Shown piece after piece: positions 29,270-42,253 of a stretch of DNA of 64,000 nt. The translations under genes were made by a program, and so were the position numbers. The DNA lies in assembly GCA_963695545.1 (NCBI GenBank), contig OY968796.1:3104001-3168000 (forward strand). Direction: 5' to 3'. This DNA is from Terriglobia bacterium (GTDB lineage Bacteria > Acidobacteriota > Terriglobia > Acidiferrales > UBA7541). The notes under the pieces were generated by a model. It saw only the letters and a list, made by a program, of their open reading frames with translations, ran no database searches and was not told the origin of the DNA. The number at the start of each line of letters is the position of its first letter. The first letter of the stretch is position 1.

Positions 29270-30973
29270 ATGGCATTGACGTTCCTGGGAAAAATTGCGT
29301 TCGCGTCGCTCGGCATCGCCCTGATGTCCGCGCCCATCTTCGCCCAGTCCGACCGTGGCCAGGGCCGCTCCATGGTGATCTCGCAATTTGGCATCGTGGC
29401 CGCAGAAAATCCGCTCGCCGCGCAGGCCGGCGTTTCGATTCTCGAGCATGGCGGCAACGCCGTCGACGCCGCCGTCGCGGCCAACGCCGTCATGGGCGTC
29501 GTCGAGCCCATGATGAACGGCATGGGCGGCGATTTATTCGCGATCGTCTACGACGCGAAGTCCGGCAAATACTACGGCCTGAACGCCAGTGGCTGGGCAC
29601 CGGCCGGCCTCACCATCGCGCACTTAAAATCGAAGGGCCTCGTTGAAATGCCCAACGTCGGCATCGACTCGGTCACCATCCCCGGCGCCGTTGACGGCTG
29701 GCAGAAACTTCTCGATCGCTTCGGAAAGAAAAAAATGTCCGACGTTCTCGATCCCGCCATCCGCGTGGCCGATAACGGCTTCGCCGTCACCGAATGGATG
29801 GCGCCCGTCTGGGCGTCGAGTGTGAACCTGCTGCACTCCACCGATTCCGCGTCCCAAACGTATCTGATCGGCGACCGCGCGCCGCGCGTAGGCGAAATCT
29901 TCCGCAATCCCGATCTCGCGCGCTCCTTGCGCGACGTCGCGCAGGGCGGACGCGACGCCTTCTACAAGGGCGCCATCGCGCAGCGCATCGTCGAACTTTC
30001 CAGTCAGCACGGAGGCACGATCACCGCCGCCGATCTTGCGAACTATTCAAGCCAGTGGGCCGATCCGATCTCCACCACCTATCGCGGCTGGACCGTCTAC
30101 GAGATGCCGCCCAACGGGCAGGGAATCGCCGCCCTTGAAATGCTCAACATCATGGAGAAATTCCCCGTGCCGGACTTCGGCCTGAATTCCACGCGCGCCC
30201 TCCACGTCATGATCGAAGCGAAGAAACTGGCTTACGCCGATCTTGTGCGCTACATCGGCGATCCCGCGTCGAGCAATTTGCCCGTCTCCGGCCTGCTCTC
30301 GAAAGATTACGCCGCCGCGCGCGCCGCCCTGATCGATATGAACAAAGCGAATTGCAGCGTCGCCGCCGGAACGCCGCCACCGGGCGGCAGCGATACCACC
30401 TATCTGACCGTCGTGGATCGCGATGGCAACATGGTCTCGCTGATCCAAAGCAACTACCAAGCCTTCGGATCGGGCCTCGTTCCGCAAAGTACGGGATTCG
30501 TTCTGCAGAACCGCGGCGCGTTGTTTTCCTTGGACCCGGCTTCGCCAAACGCGCTAGCCGGACACAAGCGCCCGCTTCACACCATCATTCCCGCGTTTCT
30601 CGAGAACGACAAAACACGAATCGCTTTCGGAATCATGGGCGGATGGAATCAAGCCCAGGCCCACGCGCAATTCGTTTCGCACATCGTCGATTTTCATCAG
30701 AATATTCAGGCCGCCCTCGAAACCGCACGCTTCACCAAGCTGACCTTCGATGGCTGCGACGTGCAGCTCGAAAATCGCATCCCCGGCAACGTGCGCCAGG
30801 AACTCGAGTCCAAAGGCCACGTCCTCCAAATGCACAATGGATATTCCGATGTTTTCGGCGGCGGCCAAGCCGTCATGCGCGATCTCTCCACCGGCGTCAA
30901 TTACGGCGCATCCGATCCACGCAAAGACGGCCAAGCCGTCGCCGAATTGCCGCCCGCGGCGCCCGCGAATTGA
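29270..30973 (+). CDS. ggt: Gamma-glutamyltransferase
   Basis: Signal peptide, GGNAVDAAVA, GMGGDLF, PPNGQG, DTTYLTVVDRDGN nucleophile Thr, KRPLHTI, GASDPRKDG. Confidence 0.95.
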   Translation: MALTFLGKIAFASLGIALMSAPIFAQSDRGQGRSMVISQFGIVAAENPLAAQAGVSILEHGGNAVDAAVAANAVMGVVEPMMNGMGGDLFAIVYDAKSGKYYGLNASGWAPAGLTIAHLKSKGLVEMPNVGIDSVTIPGAVDGWQKLLDRFGKKKMSDVLDPAIRVADNGFAVTEWMAPVWASSVNLLHSTDSASQTYLIGDRAPRVGEIFRNPDLARSLRDVAQGGRDAFYKGAIAQRIVELSSQHGGTITAADLANYSSQWADPISTTYRGWTVYEMPPNGQGIAALEMLNIMEKFPVPDFGLNSTRALHVMIEAKKLAYADLVRYIGDPASSNLPVSGLLSKDYAAARAALIDMNKANCSVAAGTPPPGGSDTTYLTVVDRDGNMVSLIQSNYQAFGSGLVPQSTGFVLQNRGALFSLDPASPNALAGHKRPLHTIIPAFLENDKTRIAFGIMGGWNQAQAHAQFVSHIVDFHQNIQAALETARFTKLTFDGCDVQLENRIPGNVRQELESKGHVLQMHNGYSDVFGGGQAVMRDLSTGVNYGASDPRKDGQAVAELPPAAPAN

Positions 30974-31195
30974 TCGAGATGTGTTCGCGGAGGGAACACT
31001 CCAAAGGAGCGAAGGACGTATGTGGGACGCAATCTCTACAGTCGTCGCGTCCGAGGCCGCTAGACTGAAGCGAACTCGCTTTGTTTCAGCGCCTTCCGAG
31101 TTGCTCGCGAGGCCAATGCCTGCCCGCTCTGGCCTTGCAAGTGCTCCCTACATCCGCGCTGGGCGATGCATTACCGCGCCCCTGCGAGGTGTTCA

Positions 31196-31435
31196 ATGTA
31201 CCAGGCAATTCAAGATAATCCCGTCAGCGAATCCGCAACCGAAACTCGTCTCTGGCTCGCCGTGGTCACCGATGCCGTCGAAGACTGGATGCACGGCCCA
31301 CTGCGCGTCCGCCGCGAAGCCGAAGAATATTTATTTCACGATGAGCGCGACTTCCCCGAATTGTGCGCCCGCGCCGGCCTCGACACCTCACTGCTCCGAG
31401 CCAAACTCCTCCGCGCTCGCGATCGCGCCGCATAA
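31196..31435 (+). CDS. Small hypothetical protein (79 aa)
   Basis: GAGGTG RBS; helical protein-like sequence RLWLAVVTDAVEDW...FPELCARAGLD. Confidence 0.65.
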   Translation: MYQAIQDNPVSESATETRLWLAVVTDAVEDWMHGPLRVRREAEEYLFHDERDFPELCARAGLDTSLLRAKLLRARDRAA

Positions 31436-31641
31436 TCATTTTCATCGCGCGCCGATCTCCGCCGCGCGTCGCGCCGCACTCTCGACCTGCGCGCCGCGCC
31501 GTGCAGTTGTTCTCGCCGCGGTCCGGCGAGTGCGTCGGCCAATTGCTTGTTCCCGCTGCTCCGCGCCGCAGCGCGCTTTTCAAACCGCGCGCCCCGTCGC
31601 ACGGCTCGCCGCTGCGTCATTCGGCGCGCAGTCGGCCAAGT

Positions 31642-31670
31642 TTGACGCTCCCTCGCCTTTCCGCTACTAT
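31642..31670 (+). promoter_or_regulatory. tRNA-fMet promoter
   Basis: TTGACG-17 bp-TACTAT, 5 bp upstream of the tRNA. Confidence 0.75.
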
Positions 31671-31675
31671 CGATT

Positions 31676-33375
<1,700 letters not shown>

Positions 33376-33379
<4 letters not shown>

Positions 33380-33507
33380 TCCGCCTCCAATGCGCTGCCC
33401 GCCAGCTTCTTCTGATTCAAGGAAGCAATGTACCGCTCAACAAGGATGGGAACCACCACTTCCTTAAGAAATTCTTTGACCTCTGGGCGGACTTGACGAA
33501 CTGTCAT
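33376..33507 (-). CDS. Small protein coupled to the integrase start
   Basis: 43 aa EVKEFLKEVVVPILVERYIA amphipathic helix; stop overlaps integrase ATG. Confidence 0.55.
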
Positions 33508-34283
33508 TGAAGGCAGACGCGAAGATAGTTCTCTTTCACTCTTGGGGAGCAAGCGGTCGCAGACCGGAATCCCGGTTATAGGAAACTGCAATCCGGGGGC
33601 ATCGGCTCCACTTTCGAAACAGGTGCGTCAACGGTTATAGCGGGGGCATCGGACGTGACCTGCGTGCTTGCTGGTGAGAATGCGGCGGGCTGATCCCCCG
33701 TACCCGTAGGCTCTAATGAAGCCCCGACCAGATGCCACAAACGGGGGCTTGTGAAGATTTCTGTCCTTGCGCCGCCACGGATTCCGGGCGGGAGGACAGA
33801 ATGATGACCGCATCGGACGCGGGTATCGAGCCGGAGATGTGAAAAAACTGTTCCAAGAGGTCTGCCCTTCAAAGGTGCGCTGCGTCTGGTCATCGTGAGA
33901 TCACGTAGCTGCCCACTATCCAAATACGCTCTTTGAAAGAAAACCTGAGGTATGGCTCGCGTGACCGCAGCGATCCCGTGTAACTGAGGCTCGAAACTCA
34001 TCGAATTACAGAACTGCGCCTCGACAGACCTCAGTTAACCTGCCCGGCTGTAATTCGAGGCTAGAAAAGGTCGAATTGGCTACGCCCCGGCTTGTGCCTG
34101 TGAATTTTTTGGGCTTTTTGCAATTTTCCCCGAAACACTGCATCTATAGAGTATGTAGAAAATCGGTACTGGCGACCCTGGAGACCGCCAAACACAATCT
34201 GGAGGACGAAACCCGCTGCGCGACCGCAATTAGTGCCGCGCACGGTAGGCACTCAAGGGCACCCCCGAAGTTGGCGTGTTCCC

Positions 34284-34339
34284 GTCGCCTGTTTTGCCCC
34301 GCTCTGTAGCGAGCGGGACGAAACAGGCGACTTTTTTTT
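34284..34339 (+). terminator. Long-stem intrinsic terminator / possible attenuator
   Basis: gtcgcctgttttgccccgctc-tgtagc-gagcgggacgaaacaggcgac then T8. Confidence 0.7.
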
Positions 34340-34445
34340 GGCATAGGACCCGACCGCGAGGCGGGCAGCCCAGTAGGAGATGAAAAAATGAGTGAGACAC
34401 TGGCAAGTTCTGAAGAAGATGGTGGAGGAGCCGCACAGAGCGAAG

Positions 34446-35137
34446 ATGAATACCAACGGTGTAGTTAGGGTGGGCGGCGGTCGCGGTTTCGTCATGGAAC
34501 ACCGTGTTTACTTCGATTTCGGCGACGGCAATGGCCACAGGAAACTTTGCCGCAACGTAGTGGTCACGGCGTCGCACTGCCTGCCCCACGCGCCCAAGGT
34601 GATGTCCGGCGTTGACTACCAACGGGCGACCTACCCGAAACTGCTCGCGCCGCTCGGCGAGGAGCCTTCTGTCTGGACGCAATGTCTGTTTTTCGACCCG
34701 GTCGCGGACGTTGCCGTGCTCGGCGAACCCGACAATCAAGACTTGTCGGACGAGTGGGACGGCTATCACGCGCTGGTGAGCGGGCGCAAACCGTTCGCGA
34801 CTGCCGCGCCGGAAAGCGGCGAAGGGTACATGCTTGCTCTGGACGGTGTCGCGTGGAAACCCACTGCTCTGGAAGTCCACCTGACCATCGGGGGAACCGG
34901 GCTTTCGACGGGAGAGACGCTTGGCGGGCAGTCCGGCTCTCCGATCTTGGACAGAAAGGGACGGGCGGTCGCGCTGGTCTCGATGGGCAGTGAGACCACA
35001 AGCAACGGAGTGCGGAAGCCGATGGAACGCTGGAACGGCCGCAGCCCATCCTGAAACTCGCGCTGCCGCCTTGGCTGCTTCGAGCGACGAAGGAGCACTC
35101 GCGCAAGGTAGCTCAGCTAGCGGCGGTGCGCGGATGA
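34446..35137 (+). pseudogene. Trypsin-like serine protease, apparent 1-bp frameshift near C-terminus (~35040)
   Basis: Triad motifs TASHCL, DVAVL, GGQSGSPIL intact; shifted frame continues PQPILKLALPPWLL... to a stop overlapping the next ATG at 35134. Confidence 0.7.
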
Positions 35138-35685
35138 GCCAAGCCACTCAGACACGAAAAGCACGGATTTCTGCCAAACGATCTGCTTCAAGGAACACCT
35201 CAATGCCTAAAGCACCGAATTCCGTGAGTCGCCGGGTGTTCGTCGCGAGGTTCACCGACTGCCCTGAGTACGACATCAAGCGCGGATGGTCGGCGTCAAT
35301 GGATTACGACGGCGAGACCAAGTATGAGGCTCTATTCTCATTCTTGTCTGAACACCCGAGCATCGACCCCGATTCCGTTAAGGTCGGCTGGCACAGGCAC
35401 CACAGGAGATGGGTAATCGTGCATAACCCGCGAGGACTTTCTTGCTGGCGGCTCAATGGGACGACGGAAGAGCAGGCTGTCGATGAGGCGCGTCGCTGCT
35501 GCGTAGCCGGGGAAATCGCGAGGGAGGGGTACGGCTACGTGACCGAGGGGCGAGTCCGGCTGGTGGCGAAGCTGGACGTTCGCGACCGCGACGGCAACCC
35601 GCTGTGCGTTTTCACGTGCGAGGGCACAAGCCCGAAGGCCCCGCTGACTTGGTACATGGAACACATGGGGGGCACGGATGAGTAA
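35134..35685 (+). CDS. Hypothetical protein
   Basis: Open frame with protein-like composition, overlapping neighbours. Confidence 0.5.
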   Translation: MSQATQTRKARISAKRSASRNTSMPKAPNSVSRRVFVARFTDCPEYDIKRGWSASMDYDGETKYEALFSFLSEHPSIDPDSVKVGWHRHHRRWVIVHNPRGLSCWRLNGTTEEQAVDEARRCCVAGEIAREGYGYVTEGRVRLVAKLDVRDRDGNPLCVFTCEGTSPKAPLTWYMEHMGGTDE

Positions 35686-35840
35686 GCGTGAACCGACGCG
35701 ACAAGGATCGCAATTTTAGGAGGACAACATGAAGCAGGTATTCGAGCTGGAGAACGTCAAGATCGAGGAATTTCCGAAGAAGCGGAAGGCGGTTCCAGAT
35801 AGAAACCCGCAAGCTCCCGCATCTGCGGCTTGGGATCGTC

Positions 35841-36071
35841 CTACTCATCCTCCGGTGCTCTCATCATCTCGTCTAGATCGCTCTCACACTGCGGGCATTT
35901 CTCGTAGTCGGTCATGTTGCCGTGTTTGCAGATGCTCACCCTTCGGACGATCACAAATAGCTCCATCAATGCCGTCCGCCAGTCCTCGGTCTTGATCGCT
36001 CGGTAGATGCGCTCGTCCTTCTCCTGCCGCTCCAGCCTCTCCAGCCATGTCTGAGTCCAACTGCCTGCCAT
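35841..36071 (-). CDS. Small hypothetical protein with CxH...CxxC motif
   Basis: GAGGAGG RBS; CKHG...KCPQC. Confidence 0.55.
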   Translation of the reverse strand: MAGSWTQTWLERLERQEKDERIYRAIKTEDWRTALMELFVIVRRVSICKHGNMTDYEKCPQCESDLDEMMRAPEDE

Positions 36072-36202
36072 TGTTGCAAGCCCTCCTCGTCCGGGTCGAT
36101 CTTTTCAGACCCTCTGTACAAAGCGTTCGGTAGCGAACTTTTGCGACATTGGCGGTTTGCCAGTATTTAGTTTTGCGACTTTCTATCTCTAGGAGAGGAC
36201 AC

Positions 36203-36511
36203 ATGAAGACAGGAAGACCAAAGCTGACGGTCTTCCGCGAGAAGTTCGCGGAGCTTGTGGCGGCAGGCTGGACGGTGGAAGCGGCAGCCAAGGCTGTGCG
36301 CATCCACCGGGCGACCGGATACCGCTGGTGCGACCAGATGGGGCTGCACGAAACGGCTGTTACCGCAAGGCGGAGAAGAAGTGACTACCGATTTCATAGG
36401 TGCGGGTGCCCAAGGGTACCGAGGGAGCCGTCTCATCTCACCCGGCCCCCTCAAATCAATCCCGCGAAAGAGATGCAGGCTCGCAACCTGAGTGGAACAA
36501 ACAATAGGTGA
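36203..36511 (+). CDS. Helix-turn-helix DNA-binding protein
   Basis: AGGAGAGG RBS; GWTVEAAAKAVRIHRATGYRW HTH signature. Confidence 0.7.
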   Translation: MKTGRPKLTVFREKFAELVAAGWTVEAAAKAVRIHRATGYRWCDQMGLHETAVTARRRRSDYRFHRCGCPRVPREPSHLTRPPQINPAKEMQARNLSGTNNR

Positions 36512-36514
36512 GAT

Positions 36515-37989
36515 ATGGACAACCGAAAATGTGAAAACATGCAGGTACCTCCAAGACGAATTCTTCCCGGGTCGGGACAAGGATAGCTGCTACCAGTGCG
36601 TCATGGATCACCCGAGGCGGAAGCGTAAGAAGCTAGAAGTGCCCGGAGTGTGGAAACGAAACGCGCAGCCTGATTATGTGGGACAACAAGCAAGACGTGC
36701 GGACCCTGCCGGGAGAAGCGTGCCGGAAACGAAGGTAAGCTCAAAGCCGAGCGCAAGGCGTTCAGGCAAGAAGCCGAGCAAGTATGGGCGCTGAGCGGAC
36801 ACCAAAAAAGCGAAGCGATGAAGCCTCGGCCGGGGCGCATAGAACTTGTGCAGCACATGGATAACGTCGAGATCAAGGTCGGGCAGGACACAGTCAAGCG
36901 GGAGTTCATGATCAAGGTCACGGCGTCAATGCCGGCACGGTCAAGCCCAAGGCGCAGAAATGGCTATGGCAAAATCGTGTTCCCGCGGGTGCGATCACTT
37001 GGGGCGTCGGCAAGCCCGGCAACGCCAAGAGCCTGTGGGCAACCGACCTCGCGGCGCGTGTATCTTCGGGCGCGGATTTTCCCGATGGCGCGAAGAACGA
37101 GGGGCGCGAAGAAGGTGCTGATGTACTGCGGTGAGGACGACTGGAGCGCACCGTAGTGCCGAGGCTCATCGTCGGGGCTAACCTCGACAACATCACCCTG
37201 CTGGACAACCAATCGTTCGACGTGTTCGACAAAGAATACAACCGCGTTGACCGACGCTCCATCGACCTGGCCAAGACTGCGACACGCTGAACCATCTGGT
37301 ACACGACCACCCGGAGATCGCGCTGCTGATCCTCGATCCCACCACCGGGGTTTACGGCAGTAGAAATACAAATCACGACAAGGACATGCGCCCGATCATG
37401 AACGATCTGCGCGATATGTGCGAGAAGCGCGGGCTGACCATCGTGGGGATCACGCATACCAACAAGCGGGGGAGGCGGCGGCGATAGACCAAATCCAAGG
37501 CGCGTCGAGCATCGCTGGAGCGGCCCGCGGCGCATGGCTCTTCACCCGCGACCCTGAATCCGACGATGAGCACGCGCATGTCATGTCGTGCATCAAGTCC
37601 AACCTCAGCGACAACCATGATGGGCTGAAGCTGTTGACCAAGGCTGTGAAGGTCAATGATGAAGTGGGTGATCACCCGATGATCGTATGGGGCGAGAGCA
37701 CCAAGATGCAGGCGGACGAGGCGAACCAAGCGTTGAAGGAGAAGCGCGAGACCAAGGGCGGCAAGCGGACGCCTCCAAAATCGGCATCCTCGCGATGCTC
37801 GGCGAAAAGCCGATGCTGTCCAAGGACGTATACACCGCACTGGAAAAGCAGGGCTTCTCGGGCGAGACCGTGAAGCGGGCTGCCGCGGAACTGACCAAGG
37901 AGTTCCAAATCCATCGCAAGCAGCAAGGCGGTCGCTGGTACATGGTGTTGGCGGAGCACCTGTATGAGTTCGAGCAGAAACGAGGCTGA
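36515..37989 (+). pseudogene. Frameshifted AAA_25/RepA-type helicase replication protein with C-terminal winged helix
   Basis: Fragments in different frames: WLWQNRVPAGAITWGVGKPGNAKS (Walker A), LLILDP (Walker B), IVGITHTNK, IQGASSIAGAAR, IKSN, SKDVYTALEKQGFSGETVKRA. Confidence 0.78.
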
Positions 37990-38041
37990 GGCAAACCCGA
38001 GGCTGTGATGGCGTTATCGGCGACGGAGGCTCTGTGAGACC

Positions 38042-38199
38042 GTCAGAAGGTCACATCTGTGTGTGTTACGTTCTGGCGTTCTGACCTTCTGAATATAATT
38101 TATATACTTTATGAAAGAAACAAAGGAGTTAGTGGTCAGAAAGCCAGAACGCCAGAAGGTCAGAAAGTCAGTGGTATCGGTCACGAGATGACCTTCTGA
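38042..38199. repeat. Iteron-like 8-bp repeats around an AT-rich core (putative replication origin)
   Basis: GTTCTGGC-GTTCTGAC-CTTCTGAA (38070-38093), AT-rich tract, GTCAGAAA-GCCAGAAC-GCCAGAAG-GTCAGAAA (38135-38166); TCAGAAGGTCA/TGACCTTCTGA inverted copies. Confidence 0.72.
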
Positions 38200-38947
38200 G
38201 GCTTGGGCGTTTGGCGATCACATCTCGCGTGCTCTCTCAAGCTTTTTGCGGCACCACTCAGCACCAATTCCGCGACTTTCAAATCCATTTCGTGAAGCAG
38301 AGTTTTGGCAGTCCCGGCAGCATTGCTGATCTCGCCGATCACACGAAATTGCCATCGTTAATGGCAAATCGTGCTGATGCACCTTGTAACCAAGAACGTG
38401 GAGTCATGCCGAAAGCCGCTCAGAGCCGAGTCTACGGAGGAAATCTAAGAAATGCGTGCAAGACCGCAGGTGAAAACATACCTGCTCATCACCAAGCTCC
38501 AGCGCTGGGCGCGTATCGGGGCGTATCCTAGCTGTTATCCCAACTGCTCGGCGTCAATCGCCCGCCGCAACTACGCACGGCTGTACGCACGACACGAATC
38601 GTTGGCCCGCAGCATAGGGCTTACCCCAATTTCGGCTTATCCTCCGCTTTGATCCTGAGAGTCTTCGAACGATGGCATACCCACGCATGGACGAAATGGT
38701 CTGGATCGGCGGCGCTGGTGGTGGTTCCCCGGAAGGCAGATCACCGTGGAGTCGCACTTCGAGTGGAAAAACGGCAGGGCTTACCTGCTGGAACCCGATG
38801 GCACCGCCATCGAGGGAATTCTGTTTGTCGGCGAAGTCGCGTCCGATTGACGCGTCAACTCTGAGCGACCTTTCAGCGTCCGCAAGCCGAGATCAATCGT
38901 CCTCTTTTGCGTTGGCTCGATATAATGGTGGTTGGGAAAGGGCAGGT

Positions 38948-39733
38948 ATGAACTCGGAAAAGAAACGGATTGAGGCTTACATGCTTGCCGCCGCCCGCAA
39001 AGCAGGCGTGCCAATACCGACTGGCGAAACGCCCGACGAGGAACCAGATTTCAGGTTCAACGATGAAACTCCGGCATTGGGAATTGAGCTTTCCGAGGTG
39101 TTACGCCCTGCCAGTAGCAATCACGGGATTGTGCCCGTTGAGGAGGATTCCTTTCATAAGGACATCATCACGAAAGCCCAACTCCACTACTACGATGCGC
39201 CTGATGCCAAGCCTGCTCATATTAGCGTTTATTTCACGAACACTAGGGGTGGGAAACGCAACAAAGCGGGACTGGCTCGTGCTCTTGCTGGGTTTGTGAA
39301 GGCTAATGTTCATCGGGCGAATCCTTTTGTGAGTTTGTACCGACCCGAAACGCCGGATGGTTTCGATTCCATTGTCATCAGTGCTGAATCAAGAGATTGG
39401 TGGTGCGGAGAAGGCGGAGGTTACACGCTTGATGACATACGCCCTCAAGTTGCCGCCAGAATCAGCGACAAAGACAAACTGGTGCAGACTTACCGCGCCA
39501 ACTTGCCAGAGGGCGCGAACGTTTGGCTGCTCCTTTACACTGGCGTCACCGTAGCTCGAAGCATGATGATTCCGCACGGAATAGAGACGTGGAAATTCCC
39601 GTTCCGGTTTGACAGAGTGTTTTGGTTTACCGCTTTAGAGGGACAATTTGCGGAGATTCAACGAGCAGAAGCCGCGAACGTAGCGGGGCTACCCATGCCC
39701 TCCCGCTCGTTTTCATCGACTATTGTGCCCTGA
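38948..39733 (+). CDS. Hypothetical protein, possible PD-(D/E)xK nuclease fold
   Basis: Intact 261-aa ORF; EEPDFRF...LGIELSE motif; TATAAT at 38920. Confidence 0.65.
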   Translation: MNSEKKRIEAYMLAAARKAGVPIPTGETPDEEPDFRFNDETPALGIELSEVLRPASSNHGIVPVEEDSFHKDIITKAQLHYYDAPDAKPAHISVYFTNTRGGKRNKAGLARALAGFVKANVHRANPFVSLYRPETPDGFDSIVISAESRDWWCGEGGGYTLDDIRPQVAARISDKDKLVQTYRANLPEGANVWLLLYTGVTVARSMMIPHGIETWKFPFRFDRVFWFTALEGQFAEIQRAEAANVAGLPMPSRSFSSTIVP

Positions 39734-40061
39734 CTTTAATCCGCGCCTCCCGTGCCCAATTTGGTGTACGAGAACGTCAGCCCTGCCTGCCGGAACCTGC
39801 GTTGTGGTAGTTAGTAACCCCCAAGTGCCCTAAGTTTGTCCTACCGAAGGGCGGCTGACCTTTCACGTTTAGCATTAATAGCAGGAGACACCTTCTGCTA
39901 CCCCAGAAACGCACCCCTGAGTGGCGGCGTCAGCATTTGCTGACCGCCGAGGACTTCGCGAGGACGCTGTCGGACTCGGAGTTGTTGGAACGGTGCATGT
40001 GCCCGCAGGCGCGATCATGCCCGAGCAATTCTGTCCACTCGCGAAAATAAGAGGAAGAAAA

Positions 40062-40761
40062 ATGAAGAAATCTGACAAGCAACGCATCCGCGAAACGGCT
40101 CTGGCAATGGACAAGCCGTTCACCGTGCAGACCCTCAAGGGCCGTCTTGCCCGACCTTGTGTTCACATCGGCTGCGCCGAAAGGCAGGGAATGGCGTCGC
40201 GTGCTGGACGAGATGATGGCGGAAGGTGTTCTAGTCGTCCACAGTCAGGGTGCGAGCATCCCAGCGGGTGGAAATGAAAGCGACGACAAGCAGAGGCAGT
40301 ATGTCGTCTCCACGGCGGCAACGGCACAGGCACGAGCCGAGACACCGACTGTATTGGAATCTGTTCGGGCAGAGGTGGACGCAGGCGAGTATGAAGGGCT
40401 GTCGCTCAATGATGACGCGGTTGACCGAATCTACCACGGGCAGCGCAATGGCAAGGTACGCGCCGAGAAAGGCGACATCTGGGATATGGCAAGGCATGTG
40501 ATCGCGACCCGCAGCGGTCGCAAATTGCCCGACATCCTGCCGGATGTGCTCTCTGTCCTGCGCAAGCGTCTGCCCGGCGATTCGTTCGTGGTCGCGGACT
40601 TGGCGCACGAGTTGCGCACTGGCGTAGACGGACGCCTCGGACGCACCTGCGAGAAGCTTTACAAGCAGGGCGTGCTCGACCGCAAGAGGGATGAGGGGGA
40701 GAGTGGACGTTGGCGTTACACAATTAAAGCCGACCTTTGGCAAAAGTCGGTGCTCGCTTAG
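40062..40761 (+). pseudogene. Frameshifted protein with winged-helix-like segments
   Basis: GAGG RBS, MKKSDKQRIRE...FTVQTLK then shift near 40147 to frame ending FVVADLAHEL...LYKQGVLDR...WRYTI. Confidence 0.5.
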
Positions 40762-40808
40762 ATTTCCTGTTTTTCACGTTGCTCTCTTTAACCCACCCCC
40801 CAAGGAGT

Positions 40809-41477
40809 TCACCATTTTCTTACGCGTTCGCGATAACGCCGAATGACACGCTTGCTCACTTTGCCTTCGGCATCCTCGATTAGCTCTCGCATGGAATGTT
40901 GCGCTGCAAAGCATCCATAGATTGCGTGCCTGCCCGAACTCTCGTCGATAATTCTGTGCAGTTGCTTAGCAGAGAACGGGCGAAACCCCAGCAGCCCCCG
41001 CGCTGCAATCGGGACTTCGGTCTTGAAATCGTTCGCTGCCAAGAACGCCTGAATCGCACCATCGCGGGCGATGGCCCCGAATTCCTCATTCTTGCCCGAT
41101 GCACGCAGCTACATCCCAAGCAGAGGCGTACGACGATTCTTCGTTCCATTTCAACGCTTGAATGTGGTCGATGAAGCCGTGAGGATTCTCATCGCGGTGG
41201 ATTTTGACCGGAATTATCGCTTTTCCGAGGGCGAGTGCAAACCCGGTTTCTTGGTCTGTCCAGTCTGATTCAGAGAAGGCCTTGGTAAGCAGCGGGATGA
41301 AAATGTCGCACTCGCGCAGAGCCTTTCTAATCTCGGTGCGCCAGCCGGGCAGACGGGACGGATGTCTTCGTGGGCCAGAAACGCGTCGAAGCCAAACTCT
41401 TCAAGACCCGCCTTCAGTCCTCCGGCGAGCTTTTTCGCCTTATGCGAGTAGCTTAGAAAAATGTTTAGAGGTTCCAT
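40809..41477 (-). pseudogene. TIR-domain protein with two frameshifts
   Basis: IFLSYSH...FDAFLAHEDIRP; second frame EIRKALRECDIFIPLLTKAFSESDWTDQETGFA...IIPVK...PHGFI (catalytic Glu present); third frame helical C-terminus. Confidence 0.85.
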
Positions 41478-41478
41478 G

Positions 41479-42253
41479 TCATTTCTCGGGCTCCGCAGGT
41501 AAGACCGCGTTCTGCGCCGAACGTACGGCTTTCACATAAATCACGCCATCTGCGCCGTTCGGTAATTTCCCTTGATAGGAGTGCGGAACCGTGACCAAGA
41601 ACGCCTGACTACGAGGAGTTACAGCCGTCTTGTGACTGGCTTCAATGATCCTGAAAAGCCCCTCGCAGTATCCTCCGAGATGGTTGCAGTACGCTTCTAG
41701 TTTCATGTTCAGTTCCCGTTCCTGCACCGCCTTTTGTATCTCCACTTCGTCGAGCGGAGCACGTTGTTCAGGGGTCTTGGCATCCAACGGCGGAAAAACA
41801 CGGGCAATGAATGCGTCAGTGGAACCGTCGTGCAGCGTGACAATCACCCCGGCAAACTGGTGGGACAAATTTCGATACTCCTGAATCTCGTTGACAGTCG
41901 GGTCGTCGTCGAGGGCCTTGACGAGTTCGTCGTGCCGCCCTTTCGTCACAATACCTTCCTGCTTGCACCGTCTGTATGCCGTGCACAGCAATTCAGCAAG
42001 ATGGCGAAGCTGCCAGAGAACGCCTGCGAAATGCGCACGGAACACAGTCGCGTCCTCCTGAAGCATCTCACGTTAGCCTGCGAGAACGGTTGAGTCGCTG
42101 TGTGTGCGCGCTTGCTCCCAGCCAAGCACATCGCACCCGTGTCCGCATAAACCCTCACGTACGCTGCGTGATAAAGGCAGACATTCAGCGTGTGCCAGAC
42201 CTCGGCGACCATGCCGTCGAAGTCTTGATTGGGAGTGAACGTACCCTGTCCAT
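41479..42253 (-). pseudogene. Frameshifted helical hypothetical protein, possibly HEPN-like
   Basis: ORF-track pieces 41946-42347 and 41479-42066 join; GAGG RBS before ATG 42253; EIQEYRNLSHQF motif. Confidence 0.45.

Noticed and set aside
34165..34324. GGACGAAAC resembling a hammerhead ribozyme core
   Set aside because: No CTGANGA upstream (only CTGGCGA) and no stem II closing pair
38042..38199. CRISPR array
   Set aside because: Repeats are contiguous 8-mers without spacers; no cas operon; no array seen anywhere in the window
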